64,000 nucleotides of DNA, taken from NCBI GenBank assembly GCA_002269645.1, contig NIVC01002452.1, positions 59,625 through 123,624 on the forward strand, written 5' to 3'. The translations under genes were made by a program, and so were the position numbers. The notes under the pieces were generated by a model. The model was given only the letters and a program-made list of their open reading frames with translations, was not told where the DNA came from and ran no database searches. The DNA comes from Macrostomum lignano (Eukaryota). Each line of letters opens with the position of its first letter. The first letter of the stretch is position 1. Below are positions 45,672-57,784 of this stretch, in pieces.

Positions 45672-48600
45672 CTGCGGGCCCAGCAGCAGCGGCTTCAAGG
45701 CCGGCGCTCACAGTCGGCGGGATCTTCGACGGATGCAGCGTCGCGCCCGACCGACTATCGCAGTGTGAGTGCAAGCTTGATGGCAGAAGTTTGAAGGCGC
45801 TGTTAGACACCGGAAGCCAGTGCTCACTAGTTGAGTCCAGCATCCTGACAAAATCCCAGCTCAGACAGGCAACTGCAGCCAGAGTGCAACTTCATTCAGT
45901 GAACAAGCAGCCAATTAGCATAGAACGGCAAATCGAATTGCCACTTACAGTCGGTGGAGTGACAGCCCGGCAATTGTTTTTCGTTGTGTCAGGTTTGGTC
46001 TGCCCTGTCATTGTTGGAGTCGACTTCATCGGCAAGCATAATTTGCAACTGGACTTCACAGGATCTTCACAAGAAGCCGGCCAAGTCTGCAGCACCAGAT
46101 TCCAGGCTGACACCGACGATCCAGTTGACATCGAAGACGCACTCGTCCCCGAGTTCAGCTGTGAAGAGTTCGAGTTGCCGACTACCGACGACCCTGATGT
46201 ACAACGGCTGCTGGTGGAGTTCAAAGACTTGTTCAAGAAAAAGCCGGGACTAACTCATCTGCAACAGCACCGAATTGTTCTCTCGGATGAAGTACCTGTC
46301 CGAGTGCCACCGCGCCGAATGCCTGTGCATTACCGGGAGAAGGTAGAGCAGCTGATTCAGGAACTGCTGGAGAACGACGTGATAGAGCTGAGCGAAAGTC
46401 CGTACGTGGCCCCACCGGTGTACGTGACAAAGAAGGATGGCAGTCTCCGCCTGACCATAGACTATCGAGAGATCAACAAGAAGACTATTCGCTCTGCACA
46501 TGGAATTCCGTTGATGGAGGAGGCAAGAGATCGAATCGCAGGCAGTTCAGTGTTCTCTGTGTTGGATCTCAATGGAGGCTATTTTCAAATTCCGATGGCG
46601 GAAGAAGACAAGCTAAAAACTGCTTTCTGTCCGGGACCAGGGATGCCGCTGTACCAATTTAAGAGAATGCCCCAAGGTCTGTCGGGGGGCCCAAGCACAT
46701 TCTGCATGCTAATGTCAAAAGTTTTCAACGGCTGCGATTTCATCTTCACGTTCTTCGATGACAGCCTGTGCTTCTCAAAGACCAAGTCGGATCATCTGCG
46801 GCAACTTCGAGAGACCTTCGAGCGACTTCGAGCAGCCGGACTGACATTAAGAGGCTCCAAGTGCAAGATCGCGGTACCCGAAGTGACCTTTCTCGGCACA
46901 CGGTATTCAAAGGATGGTGCCCAGCCCAGCCAGGAGAAGCTGGAGGCAATTCAGCAGTGGAGAGAGCCGAGGTCAGCCAAGGAGGTGCGTCAGTTCATCG
47001 GCCTGTGCAACCAATACCGACGCCATGTAGCCAACTTCGCTGCCATCGCCGCACCGCTGCACCATCTGACTGGCAAGGGCGTTCCATTTGACTGGACTTC
47101 GGAATGCCAGACGGCCTTCGACGAGCTCAAAAGGTGCCTAATTAGTCCTCCGATCCTGGTGAACCCAGATTTCACTAAGGAGTTCTCAGTCTTCACGGAT
47201 GCCAGTGGCAGCGGAGTCGGTGCAATTCTCAAGCAAGGCGAGGCGGTGATCGAGTTCTCAAGCCGCGCATTCAATTCAGCTGAGAAGAAATACTCTGCAA
47301 CAGAAAAGGAGTGCCTGGCCATCCTGCACGCATTCCAAGTTTTTCGCCACTATCTTCTCGGCAAGCATTTCACGGTGCACACGGATCACTGCCCGCTCAC
47401 CTACATCGATTCACAGAGAGTTGACAGCTACGGCAGGCTAGGACGATGGCGTCTGCTGCTTCAAGAGTTCGACTTCACCGTCAAGTACCGAAGAGGCGTT
47501 GAGAACTCAGATGCTGACGCGCTGTCCAGACTGCACGGCCAAGAAGTCGCAGCTACGCAGCTGACTCCGGAAATCGACACTGAAGAGCTCAAAACTGCGC
47601 AGCGACATGACCCGGAGCTCAGCCAGGTGATTCAGGCGATGGACAAGGACGCAGAAATTGCACCCAGATGGCGAGCAGGACCACTGCAGCAACTCGGCAG
47701 AATCTGGAAGAAGCTAAAGCTGGATGATGACGGTGTTCTACTGCGCAAGTTCAATGACCCGGACGGCCTGCGGGAGGTTCCAGTGGTGCCAGCGCGGCTT
47801 CGACAACAGTTTTTGACCAACGCTCACGAAGGTCTGGGAGGTCATTTCGGAGCCGAGAAATGCTACCGCACACTGAAACTGACCGCCTACTGGCCCGGCA
47901 TGGCTGAAGACATCGTGCAACACTGCCAGAGTTGTTCTGTCTGTCAGGAGAAGAAAGCGGGCTCGCGGACCAGCGCGCCACTCGGAGAACTGCCAATCGG
48001 CTCGCCGTGGGATTCTGTGGCTATCGACATCGTCAAGGTGGCGCCATCATCGCGCGGCAACAAATACCTGCTGGTGGCTCAGGATCAGTTTTCCAAGTAC
48101 CTGACGGCCGTGGCGATTCCTGACCAGACTGCTGAGACTACTGCTCGCGCCTTCCTCTCCATCTGCTCCCAGACTGGACTTCCCCGAGTCATCCACTCCG
48201 ATCAAGGACCGAATTTCGAGTCTCAGCTTTTTCAAGACACTCTGCGAGGCCTGGGAGTCACGAAGACAAGAACAACGGCTTACAATCCCAAAGGCAACGG
48301 ATTAGCGGAGTCGGGCAACAAGTCAGTGCTGCAGTTACTCAGGTGTTTCACCGAGCGAGAGAGCGAGTGGGAGGACAAGCTGCCACTGATCCTGCTGTCC
48401 TACAATTCCCGGGTGCACTGCTCAACACAGCTGCCGCCACTGAAGGTGTTCACCGGGCGCGATCCGAGCCTGCCGGTCATCAGCCAGCAGTCCAGGCGAT
48501 TCTATGACGTGCGCACCTACGCCGACAAGCTCGAGGGCGACCTGCTGCGAATTCGAGAGTTTGTCGAGGAGCATCTGGTGCAGGCGGCTGGCGAGCAAAA

Positions 48601-48955
48601 GAGCGGCTACGACAGGTCGACCGGGCAGCTGCGCACGTTCAGTCCTGGAGACGAGGTCCTGCTGCGCATCGAGCTGAGGGGCTCCAAGCTGGCGCCGTAC
48701 TGGGAGCCGGGCTGGCAGGTGCTGTCGCAGCGGGATCTGGTAGTCGAAATCCAAAAGATCGAGAACGGCCGGACCCGCAGGGTGAATGTGAATCGTCTGC
48801 GGCCGCGGATCCTGCCAGTCCCTGACGGAGAGCGCTTCCTGCAGCCGCCCTTTGCGCACGCGGCGCACGGCGGCGATGAGGCGGACGAGGAGCCGCCCCC
48901 GAGACGCTACCCGGTGCGTAGGCGGATGCCGGTGGATCGCTATGTGGCCGGTTGA
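45620..48955 (+). CDS. pol: Pol (protease, RT, RNase H, integrase), probably expressed by -1 frameshift from gag
   Basis: ALLDTGS (protease); LDLNGGYFQI, RMPQGL, FFDD (RT); TDASGSGVGAIL (RNase H); H..LGGH..C..C, AIDI, HSDQGPNF, NGLAE (integrase). No stops over more than 1100 codons. Confidence 0.96.
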   Translation, partial: GKRQRLGCAGPQPRPAVTAGPAAAASRPALTVGGIFDGCSVAPDRLSQCECKLDGRSLKALLDTGSQCSLVESSILTKSQLRQATAARVQLHSVNKQPISIERQIELPLTVGGVTARQLFFVVSGLVCPVIVGVDFIGKHNLQLDFTGSSQEAGQVCSTRFQADTDDPVDIEDALVPEFSCEEFELPTTDDPDVQRLLVEFKDLFKKKPGLTHLQQHRIVLSDEVPVRVPPRRMPVHYREKVEQLIQELLENDVIELSESPYVAPPVYVTKKDGSLRLTIDYREINKKTIRSAHGIPLMEEARDRIAGSSVFSVLDLNGGYFQIPMAEEDKLKTAFCPGPGMPLYQFKRMPQGLSGGPSTFCMLMSKVFNGCDFIFTFFDDSLCFSKTKSDHLRQLRETFERLRAAGLTLRGSKCKIAVPEVTFLGTRYSKDGAQPSQEKLEAIQQWREPRSAKEVRQFIGLCNQYRRHVANFAAIAAPLHHLTGKGVPFDWTSECQTAFDELKRCLISPPILVNPDFTKEFSVFTDASGSGVGAILKQGEAVIEFSSRAFNSAEKKYSATEKECLAILHAFQVFRHYLLGKHFTVHTDHCPLTYIDSQRVDSYGRLGRWRLLLQEFDFTVKYRRGVENSDADALSRLHGQEVAATQLTPEIDTEELKTAQRHDPELSQVIQAMDKDAEIAPRWRAGPLQQLGRIWKKLKLDDDGVLLRKFNDPDGLREVPVVPARLRQQFLTNAHEGLGGHFGAEKCYRTLKLTAYWPGMAEDIVQHCQSCSVCQEKKAGSRTSAPLGELPIGSPWDSVAIDIVKVAPSSRGNKYLLVAQDQFSKYLTAVAIPDQTAETTARAFLSICSQTGLPRVIHSDQGPNFESQLFQDTLRGLGVTKTRTTAYNPKGNGLAESGNKSVLQLLRCFTERESEWEDKLPLILLSYNSRVHCSTQLPPLKVFTGRDPSLPVISQQSRRFYDVRTYADKLEGDLLRIREFVEEHLVQAAGEQKSGYDRSTGQLRTFSPGDEVLLRIELRGSKLAPYWEPGWQVLSQRDLVVEIQKIENGRTRRVNVNRLRPRILPVPDGERFLQPPFAHAAHGGDEADEEPPPRRYPVRRRMPVDRYVAG

Positions 48956-49100
48956 ATTTTTGATTGACTCAGTGACTGTTCGACTGACTGTTGCGAATTA
49001 TTTGAAAGCGAGAAATTCTTTATAACAATATTGTTCGAATGTTTTACTGTTCTTATGTTTCCTTCGAATTATTCGTTCGAATGTTATTGATCTTTTTCGC

Positions 49101-49109
49101 CGGGGAGGA
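49101..49109 (+). promoter_or_regulatory. Polypurine tract of the Gypsy element
   Basis: CGGGGAGGA immediately before the 3' LTR. Confidence 0.8.
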
Positions 49110-49110
49110 T

Positions 49111-49326
49111 TGTAGTGAGTTGCAAGTGTACTTGTATGCGCCAGTCGCTAGAGCGGGGTGGGGGTTGCTATTGTACAGCATGTACGTGCTTTTCACCCAC
49201 CCCTGTCTCTATCTTTTATACCCAGTTATGTAACAATCGTTGTATCGTATTTAACCTGCGTATCGATCTAATAAACGCCAAGAGGCTTCGTCAACTCTCA
49301 GTTGTATCTCTCTGCCTTAGTCTACA
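49111..49326 (+). repeat. 3' LTR, 216 bp
   Basis: Identical to the 5' LTR except CGTATTTAACC versus CGTATTAACC. Confidence 0.97.
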
Positions 49327-51065
49327 TAATAAAGTCCTGAAAATGTCAATTTCTAAAAAAGTTAGGTTGTGAAAGTTTATTTATCATTGGTATTGGCATT
49401 ATCTATAGAACATGAAGAACTAGAACATGATTTTTAGAGTGTGGTACTACTCAGATTGTGATCTACTAGTAGTCAAAACTCCAAATTTTCAATGCAAATA
49501 TTTGTCTATAAATTTGTAAATTTGAATCAACATTTGTTTCATTTGATAAAATTTCAAAAGATATTAAAATATAAGAATAATGTATAAGTCCCTATCTCCC
49601 AACTGCCTCTTTAATATGCATACACTTGCCTGCTTAGTATGTCTTTAGTATGTCACACAAGTTCTTCCACAAAACTTGTATTGAAGCTTCTGTGGGTGTC
49701 AGATAAGTTACCTGCAAACAAACTGATTTGATGTCTGATTGGCTAGATTTATCAATACTTTGCTCATATCAATTAAGAGCTTGTTCAACTTTGATTTGAC
49801 CTTGGGTTGTTCTAGATTAATCTGGCAAAATGTGTCATTGCAATTAAGCAAAATGGAGTGATAGTTTGTGGTTCTTGTTCCTCTGATAATAAGAGCACTT
49901 CTGGCAATCACCAAATAAGTGCTTCTATGAAGGTGTATGTCATACTCGTATGTTTATTAAAAGTATTGCCAAGCATTATTGACAACTTTGCAAATTCAGA
50001 CATCTTGTAGAATCTTTCAAAATGTATTTATTTTAATTCTTTCTACATTAAATATTGTTATATATGATAATTATCTTTGATTGGAATTCCAATGCAAGTA
50101 AATTGTATTTATCATAACAAGTACCAACCTGTTTAGAGCTACCCTGGTAGAATTGAATTGAAAATTTTTAAAAGGCTAATCAAGCACAGTATTATTCATT
50201 TCTATCCATTATGAATATTTTTCTCATTGTTTCAAATGTTAACTTCCTATGCATAGACAGCATAGTTTATCAAAGTTGATTTCAAAAATAACTTGTTCTT
50301 TATCATTTACTTCTTATACTAAATCTTAAATTATTGCTTGAATTGTGACAAATTCTCAACCTTTTGGGTGGTCATTTCATCTATATAAATGGCTAAAGAC
50401 CTTACAGGGTGTCTTCACTTTATCAATTTTTGAGGGATTTATGGACTAATATATGAATTTCCTATATATTTTGAGGATTCTTCGACATTGTAAGGGAGAT
50501 TTCAAATAAGTAAAAAAACTGTTTAAGTGGGAAACCTAAGACAAAATGAAATAGTTATTGACTAAATAGGAGAATCCTTGAGTCAATGAGAATTTAATTG
50601 ACCAAACAGAATATTAAATGATCCAAGGGATAGTTGTGACTGTATTTTGGAATTATATTCCTTTGTAAGGAATTTATGCAGAAGGTAAAACTATTAAATG
50701 GAATTGGTATTTGACCCCCAATGGAGACAGTTGTGTTAGTTATTAAGCTAAAAGTGGAACTCCTTATTGGAATTTAAAAAATATGTTGACCTTGTTAGGC
50801 AAACTTAAATCTAAATTGTGTAGTTTCAAAAGGATTATAAGAACATATTTTCTTAGTTAGCCTAACATAATTCCATTTTATTCTTTGAGCAAAAGAAACA
50901 TGTTTTTATGCAATTTGATATTTGATTATTTCTCAGGTTGTGGATTTTAAATATGTTTAATTGGACATTTCTATTAACTGATTTATCTATCCACAAAAGA
51001 CACTATTTGTATTTGGTCCAATAAGGATAGAACTTGCTTAGTTATTCAATCCTAAGTCCTTAGAC

Positions 51066-51288
51066 TAGGGCTCTCCAACCTGCAGTCTGTGGGCCATTTC
51101 TGGGATCCACTTCTGTGGGCCCTCTTTTCAATTTTGCATTGCATGTGACCTGCCAAGTCATTTTTGGTCTTGGTGATAGTGCATAGGCAAGCTGAAAAAA
51201 ATGAAGCCCTTTACTTTTTTGTGGCCCATGCATCTTAGCTAATCTTGAATAATGTAGCCCGCTGTTAACAATAGGTTGGGGGCCCCTG
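51066..51288. mobile_element. hAT-superfamily MITE, 223 bp
   Basis: Imperfect termini TAGGGCTCTCCAACCT / AGGTTGGGGGCCCCTG. Perfect 8-bp TSD CCTTAGAC at 51058-51065 and 51289-51296. Confidence 0.85.
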
Positions 51289-51688
51289 CCTTAGACCTAA
51301 GTGTGATTTAAGAGCTAAAGGAAGACCAACTGATATGATCAACCTTCTTGCAAATCAAATTGTAATATAACTGCTATAGCATTTATAACTGCCAAAAGCC
51401 TATTAAATTTTAATAGCTTATAATAATATTTTATCTACATTGCTTAAGCTAGTTTAAGTTGTATTAAAAGTAAATATACTTTATTTACAACAGATATTTG
51501 GTCCTATATAGGATATATCATTATGTGCTAAAATTTTGATAAATATATATCTTTTATATGTACCTAACAAACTTTTTTTGGGTTTTGAATATTTGGTAGC
51601 TCTTCATATGGCAGTTGTCCAACAAAGTTATTTTTCATAAAGCAAAGTACAAATAATCACAAAAAGGCTTGTAAACATTCCATTTTAG

Positions 51689-52312
51689 AAAACAACGAGA
51701 CGCTATTCCATTGCTACATCTGCAACTCCTTTCTGGATCATAAATGTTCAGACTTCTTTGACAACCGCACCCGATTAGTTGAACCCTGTCCCAGCCCCGC
51801 GCATCGTCTGTGTAGAAAAATAATTCAAGAGAGTGAGTAAACTCTTAATTGTTCTTCAACTGTCTTTTACACACTGGATATTAAGAGGAAAATTACTTTA
51901 GGCGTTTTTGTGTACTTATTCTAAGTTGTTGGATATTGCTCAGCGGTCTGGACTGCTGTTTGGAATTTAAAGCTTGTAGTAGCTGTGCTTAATTTGATAG
52001 TAGTAGCTACAGAGTAGTACTATCAGTTTTAACTGAAATTTATTACAAAAACTCGCAGCTTATTACGACGGCTCCTGGGATCGGCGCTACATTCGCGACT
52101 GCGCCATCCATGGCGATATTGGCGCCGAGGAGGGTCGCTGGTGCATTGAACGATTGGGCACCCTGCGCGTGAAAATGCGCTTCTGTCATTGCAATAATAA
52201 GCACGGCTGCAATGCCGCTTTTGCCGGTCCTAGCGTTGCTAGATTGCTTGTGCCCCTGCTTCTGTTGCTTCCTAGCGCTACAAAATTTTTTGCTAGTTTG
52301 GATAGTGCATAA
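51689..52312 (+). CDS. Quiver/sleepless-like Ly6/uPAR three-finger protein, probably GPI-anchored; last two exons only
   Basis: Exon 51689-51832: NNETLFHCYICNSFLDHKCSDFFDN...C....LCRKIIQE. Exon 52059-52312: YYDGSWDRRYIRDC...C...FCHCNNKHGCN plus hydrophobic tail LLVPLLLLLP, TAA. Phase-1 GT-AG intron. Signal-peptide exon not located. Confidence 0.85.
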
Positions 52313-54562
52313 TTCTTCTCCAGCTGGCATCTCATATAGCCTTAATGATGAGCGCTATGTCTTTAGCAAAGGCAAAAATCGTTTTTATTAGTAAGACATG
52401 TTTTGTCACAACATTTAATCGCATTTCTTTAACTGCTTTGAAAGTAAGCAATATGATTACTGTATGATTGGCATGGTTTAATTAGCTCGTTTGTCTTGTA
52501 CTAATTTTACTCTATGCCAATCATTAAAGAAGCGAAATTAGCTAGTCTCTGTGTGTGTGTTGCCAGTAGATACTGAGGTAATTCGAGAGAGTTGCGCATC
52601 TGTGTAGTAATTACCTAGAAATGCCCCGCACTGAATGCTTTGTGTATCTGATATGCACAAGTTTTTATCAATCTTGAGTAGGTTTTTAAACATTTTTTAC
52701 ACATCGCCAGCTGTAAAGTCAATACAGCTGGTCTATTCTGGTCTGTCTCGAGCTGTTTTTTCTGTTAAGCTTGGATGCACTTTTATTGTTTGATTTTTTG
52801 TGTCCTGTATATCATTCCCAATTGAGTAGCAATTTCCTTTTGTTTTCAGCTGGCTGTGCGGAATATGTTTTATTACTTTACTTATTCCTAAGTCTAGTCT
52901 CAAGTTTTGGGACTAATTCTAATAATTTAATTAAAATTCTTGCTCTGTACTTTGTCAAATTTATCGCCTGATTGTATAGTTTCATTTCAAGCAATCCTTC
53001 TACCGAGTATATACTTTTATGCTAATTCTGCCGACTAGTTTAAATACATTCCCTTGAACGTTGCCGTTGCTACTAATTCAAGATTAATTGCTTTAAATAT
53101 ATCACATTGTCTTCAATCTTTCTATTGGCTGTTCTCTAAAATGTTGTATAATAGATTGTAGTAAGTATAGATTAGGAAGCCAGTTCGGTTTCAAATCAAA
53201 TCCCATTGTAATCTTAAAAGTATATTGTAATCTAAACTATTCATAGCTAGCATTTAAGCTGTTTAAGTTTTACGACCTCCAAATGTAAGTATCCTTTTTA
53301 TGGCTAAAAATATTCTTATTCGCTGCCAATCGCCTAATCGAATTACTTTGAATCATATTTTAGATTTAAGTGCTCAACATTCTATTCGTTATTTTAGTTC
53401 GGTGAGTTGATTTCTGCTAGTTCTTAAATGCTTTCTACATAATAGAAGTTGGTCACGCATTAACTAATACCGTCCTTATTCTACTTTTGCACAGATTTGT
53501 CGAGATCTACAGCTGAAGTGATTGCACTGATTCAACATTTCACACATTGCAAAGAGCCATTAATGATAGCTAGGTATATTGTTTTAGGCTTCATTCACCA
53601 TTATTTAAAACAGTATAAAACAAGCTTCTCTTTAAAGACTTTCTCTTATGCAAAAAGTCAGACTATAAAAGTATTTTTTCTCCGATTGTCCAAATTTTAT
53701 CTATAGCTGTTGAGAAACTCTCGTTTAACTTAAAGTTTTTAAACCTTTGGCTTGCTAGCAGCATGCTTTGGCAATCGACGCTTAAAATATTTGGTTTTTT
53801 TGTTTCTATGATTCCAAACTACCAATGGCACAAAAACCAACGCAAAGATTAGTCTTTGTATTCGTTTGATTCGACACCACAGGATAAGAACCCAGTTTAT
53901 TTAGTCTTCTAACCTCTATGCAAGTTTCACCCCAATAGTGTGCCAGCTTCGAAGCTGTACTTTGAAAGATTTTATTACTGCAAAAAGAACAGACATTACT
54001 CTCGTTAAAGTGCTTTTATCGGGTTCAGGGCCAAAATTGTTGACCAACAAGGACGGCTTCTGCATCGAATGTCGATGTGGCATTAATGAATGTCGCGTTA
54101 GTAACTTGGCTCGCCGTTTGGAGAGCAGCTCAAGAACGACTGTCCAAACTATGCAGTTGAGGTCTCTTCGGTTTAATCAAAACTAAATCGCACAGCTACA
54201 GCCCCGGCCACAGCCAATCATCGTTCGAAACTAAGTTTCTTTTCCGACTAACTGCAAGTTCGAGGCGGCGTATCGAGTGTATTGAATCGTAAGCAATTAT
54301 TTAGTTTATGCAATGAAATTCAAATTGAAGCTGAGATATATCAAAAGCGTTATTGTATCGATCATACATGCACCAAAAAGGTCAAAAGTTCATTTACTGT
54401 GGACTTATACGAGGAGTTTACTGAACGTTTTGAGGTGCACCGAAACCAAGAGTCAACAAAATTTAGTCGATTTTTCAAAGTAGTTGCCACCAGCTTGTAC
54501 ACATTTTCTCATCCGGTGAAACCACTGAGTCCAGGCTCCAGTCTATTGTTCTTCTGACACTA

Positions 54563-54868
54563 TAATAATTGATAATAATTGATTACACCTGCCCAATGGG
54601 CAGATGTGCAACCGACAGCTCAGCCGCAGCTATTGCGCGGCGCATCTGAAGGCTGCGTACGGCTGTTCAGTCCAAGGACTGGGGGGTCGCCACACACACC
54701 CTCAATTACCCCAGCTAATGCTGGTACCCATTTTACAGCTGGGTAAACTGAAGCAACGCAGAGTTAAGTGTCTTGCTCAAGGACACAAATTGTTGCAGAG
54801 GGATCGGGAATCGAACCCCCGACCTTCAAGTCGTGAGTCCGACACCCTAACCACTAGGCTACAACCCC
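54563..54868 (-). mobile_element. tRNA-derived SINE, near full length
   Basis: A box TAGCCTAGTGG, B box GGTTCGATTCC, central GTGTCCTTGAGCAAGACACTTAAC..ACCCAGCTGTAAAATGGGTACC, and short AATTATTATC-repeat tail. Co-linear with 29106-29326. Confidence 0.9.
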
Positions 54869-55044
54869 TGTTGTATTTAGAGGGGTTCTGACACTGTTCT
54901 GACACTATTCTGACACTGCTGAAACCACTAACTGGAACTCGATTCTCGCTGCTTCCGGGTTCAGAACAAGTTCCACAAAGTTGAAAACCAAAGGGAAGAG
55001 AAAGAAGTTGGTGCTCCGTGGGGGAATATTTCACCAGCTGGACT

Positions 55045-55700
55045 CCATTCTCGGGTCAGAAATGCCATTGCCAATGTCGTAGCAGTCTGCGCACTGGCGT
55101 TGTGGTGCAGCAGCCTGGCTAAAAAGTCGCGACCATCTGCTTCCCGGCGCTGCGGGACCCGCTTGACTTTTGTCGGGGTGGTACGAGTATCTTCCGGAAG
55201 GAGCCAAACGGCGGACTGCAGCTTGGTTTCCGGTCGTTCTGGTAGACCCAGGTCTCATCACTTCTGATTATCTCCCAGACTCGCTTCATGCCAGGGAATG
55301 AACTTGCACCAACGCACCCTGTCCGCCTTCTAGTACTCTGTCAGGTTCCAGGAGGCTCCAAGCTTGTACAGGATGGTTCTAGCTACTGCCGATCCAATTT
55401 CAAGAGAGCCTCTCTGATCTTGGCACAGGTTACTCGCCGGTCCTCATCGATCATTCTCCGGACAGCAGCGATGTTTTCGTCGGTGACAGCAGTAGCTGGG
55501 CGTCCCGTGCGAGGTTCGTCATCGAGACTTTCGGCTCCACTTACACTACCACCGAAAGCTGACCAAGGGTTTTGGTCTCCGAAAGCAGTATGTAAACTCT
55601 TAAAGCACTGCTTCTGCGTGAGACCATTTCGCTGGTCGTAAACGATCATAAGCACGAAAGTCGCAGTTTGTCAATTCCTTCAGAGCGAGTACAGCTTGGT
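55045..55700 (-). mobile_element. Defective mariner transposase remnant
   Basis: Minus-strand fragments: SLDDEPRTGRP.TAVT.ENIAAVRRMI.EDRRVT, SDETWVYQ, ETKLQSAVW, PTKVKR, LLHHNASA; deletions and frameshifts. Confidence 0.85.
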
Positions 55701-57784
55701 AAGGGGTGTTAACTTTAAAGAGTGATCGTGAAAAATCTACAAGCACAGAGGCTGAAAATTTATACACAAGCATCTGAACTGTGGCTGAGTATGTACATGA
55801 AAAGACGTGCAGTTGTGACTTATGAGTCAGTTGTATCTCAAAACTTTCAGTAAGCTCCACGTATTTGAAACATTGCGGCTGAGTAGCGGAGCGATAACGC
55901 CTCCGATTCGCACACCAAAGTGGGGTTAGGTTCCTGACGATGATCAAAAGTGGAATGAGATACGATAGAATGAGCTTGAGATAAGACCATGCAAAGCTAT
56001 CTACTACTTATCGCCCGTTAGGATTCTGGTTTGATTATTTACCAGTATTAGTACTACTGTTTATGATGAAATTTAAAGTTAACGTAAGAAATCGATAGCT
56101 TAGTAAATTATTTCTGTCCAAAAAGGACAATTATTTTGGTCGGGACAGCAAAAGCGACTGTCGCTCATTTTACTATGTCGATTAGTTTAAGATGATTAAG
56201 AAGCCTCAGAGGTGTTTGCCATTTAGTCACTATTACTGATAGGGAACTGGTGCGTCATTTAATCAACTATACGTAGATTTTAAATGTTTTTAATTCAAGT
56301 AGGATTAAAAGTGAATGTCCTTTATTCTAACTACCTGAATTGACATTTTAAACCCTGATTTCACAGTGTGAGACACCTGCAGCTCAAGTCGAGTCGAACT
56401 AGCGGTCGTTGATCGGTCTTGCCAGCGTCAAAGTCGTTACCAAGTTCGTATCCGCGGTGACCAGAGATCTGCTTGGTGCTCAATGGATCAGTCGGATTTC
56501 ATAATTTTATCTGCTGGGTTTAAGTGTTTGCTTACTAGCAGAACAAATATTGTGTGTTAATTGTACTTGCTAACTCTAAATCAAAGTATGGAATGGAAAA
56601 GAATCTTATTTTGCCGTCATATGTTCCTGCATAGTCTACTCGTACAAGATATGTGTGTATATATCTTAAGTAACACTATAGTTTATGAAAATAATGCTAA
56701 AAGTGATTTTGGCGTCACCATAACGCCAGAGTTCAATAAATTACATTCGATATATTAATTCATAAGTAATACCGGCTCCGCATCGAGTGCACAGCTTTAA
56801 AAGGGGCTCACTTGACTGTCTGTCAGCAGGGGCGGTTGCATTCGCCCTTCGGAGGAGACTCCGAATTTTTGCCGAAATGCCGGCCTACCAGTGGGCCCTT
56901 TGTATCCGCCCCCTCACCTAAATCTCTGGTTGCGCCACTTATCAGTCAACTCTATAGCGTATTATCTGTGGCTAGGTAGTATTAAGAAGCACTGCTAATC
57001 GACTGGCTGCAGTTCGCCGTCGATCCTTGCACGGTCTCCAAAATCCTACTTAGTCTAGCCCTAAGAGCCGTTGAGAGTTTCTGAACTCGCGTCCACCGTT
57101 CTCAATCGCATATCAATTAACAAGCTAGACTTTGCCGAGTCTTATCGACTGAATGAAAGATCAGATCTAAGGTTGAAATATTCATCAGCTGCTATACATT
57201 ATAGGGCTAAATATTAACTTTCAACTTCTATTTCCATCGGGCACTGCCTGTCTGCAGTTAGTAACTTTATTATCATCTGTCATCTGAGTAACTTCTGCAT
57301 CGTCAAGATGGCTTCGATCTTGGTAGTTATTGACTGTTAGAACGAAGAAATCATTGAGAACTATTATTTAAATTAATAATCGTAAAATTTGTAAAGTCGG
57401 TTTGAACTTGAAGGAAAAATATTCATATAGAGAAAGTACTTTTTACGAGCAATGAACCAATTACTGGTCATTGTCAGTAAAACCACTAGCCGGGCCGACA
57501 GTTTCGCTTTTGAGCGAAACAAATGGCTTACAATGGATACTGCACGTGTTGTAGGTACACACTGGGTCCTCGATTATGAATTTGAAGTTACTACTTGCAG
57601 GCAGTGCCCGTACGAAAAAAGTGGATCTTTTAAAACAGAAATTGCACACATTTGTTTTAGCGATTGGGGCTTTGGTTGAAGGTATATTGAGTTTACGATT
57701 CGTTTATGCCGCCATCGAAGGTCAGAGTGGCAAAAATTATGTTCGCACAATTTGCATGGCATTCGCCTGATGATACTCGTACCC

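Larger units (their letters stand above)
44620..49326 (+). mobile_element. Intact Ty3/Gypsy LTR retrotransposon, 4707 bp
   Basis: LTRs 44620-44834 and 49111-49326 (TGTAG...CTACA) differ by one T. 4-bp TSD TAAT (44616-44619, 49327-49330). Primer-binding site and polypurine tract present. Open gag and pol with domain order PR-RT-RNaseH-IN. Confidence 0.98.

Noticed and set aside
48956-49110. env gene or extra cargo in the Gypsy element
   Set aside because: Only 155 bp lie between the pol stop and the 3' LTR, and no chromodomain is recognisable at the end of integrase.
53900-54560. Short ORFs (53938-54186, 54282-54557) as a gene or transposase
   Set aside because: No recognisable motifs or splice structure; cannot be supported without a search.
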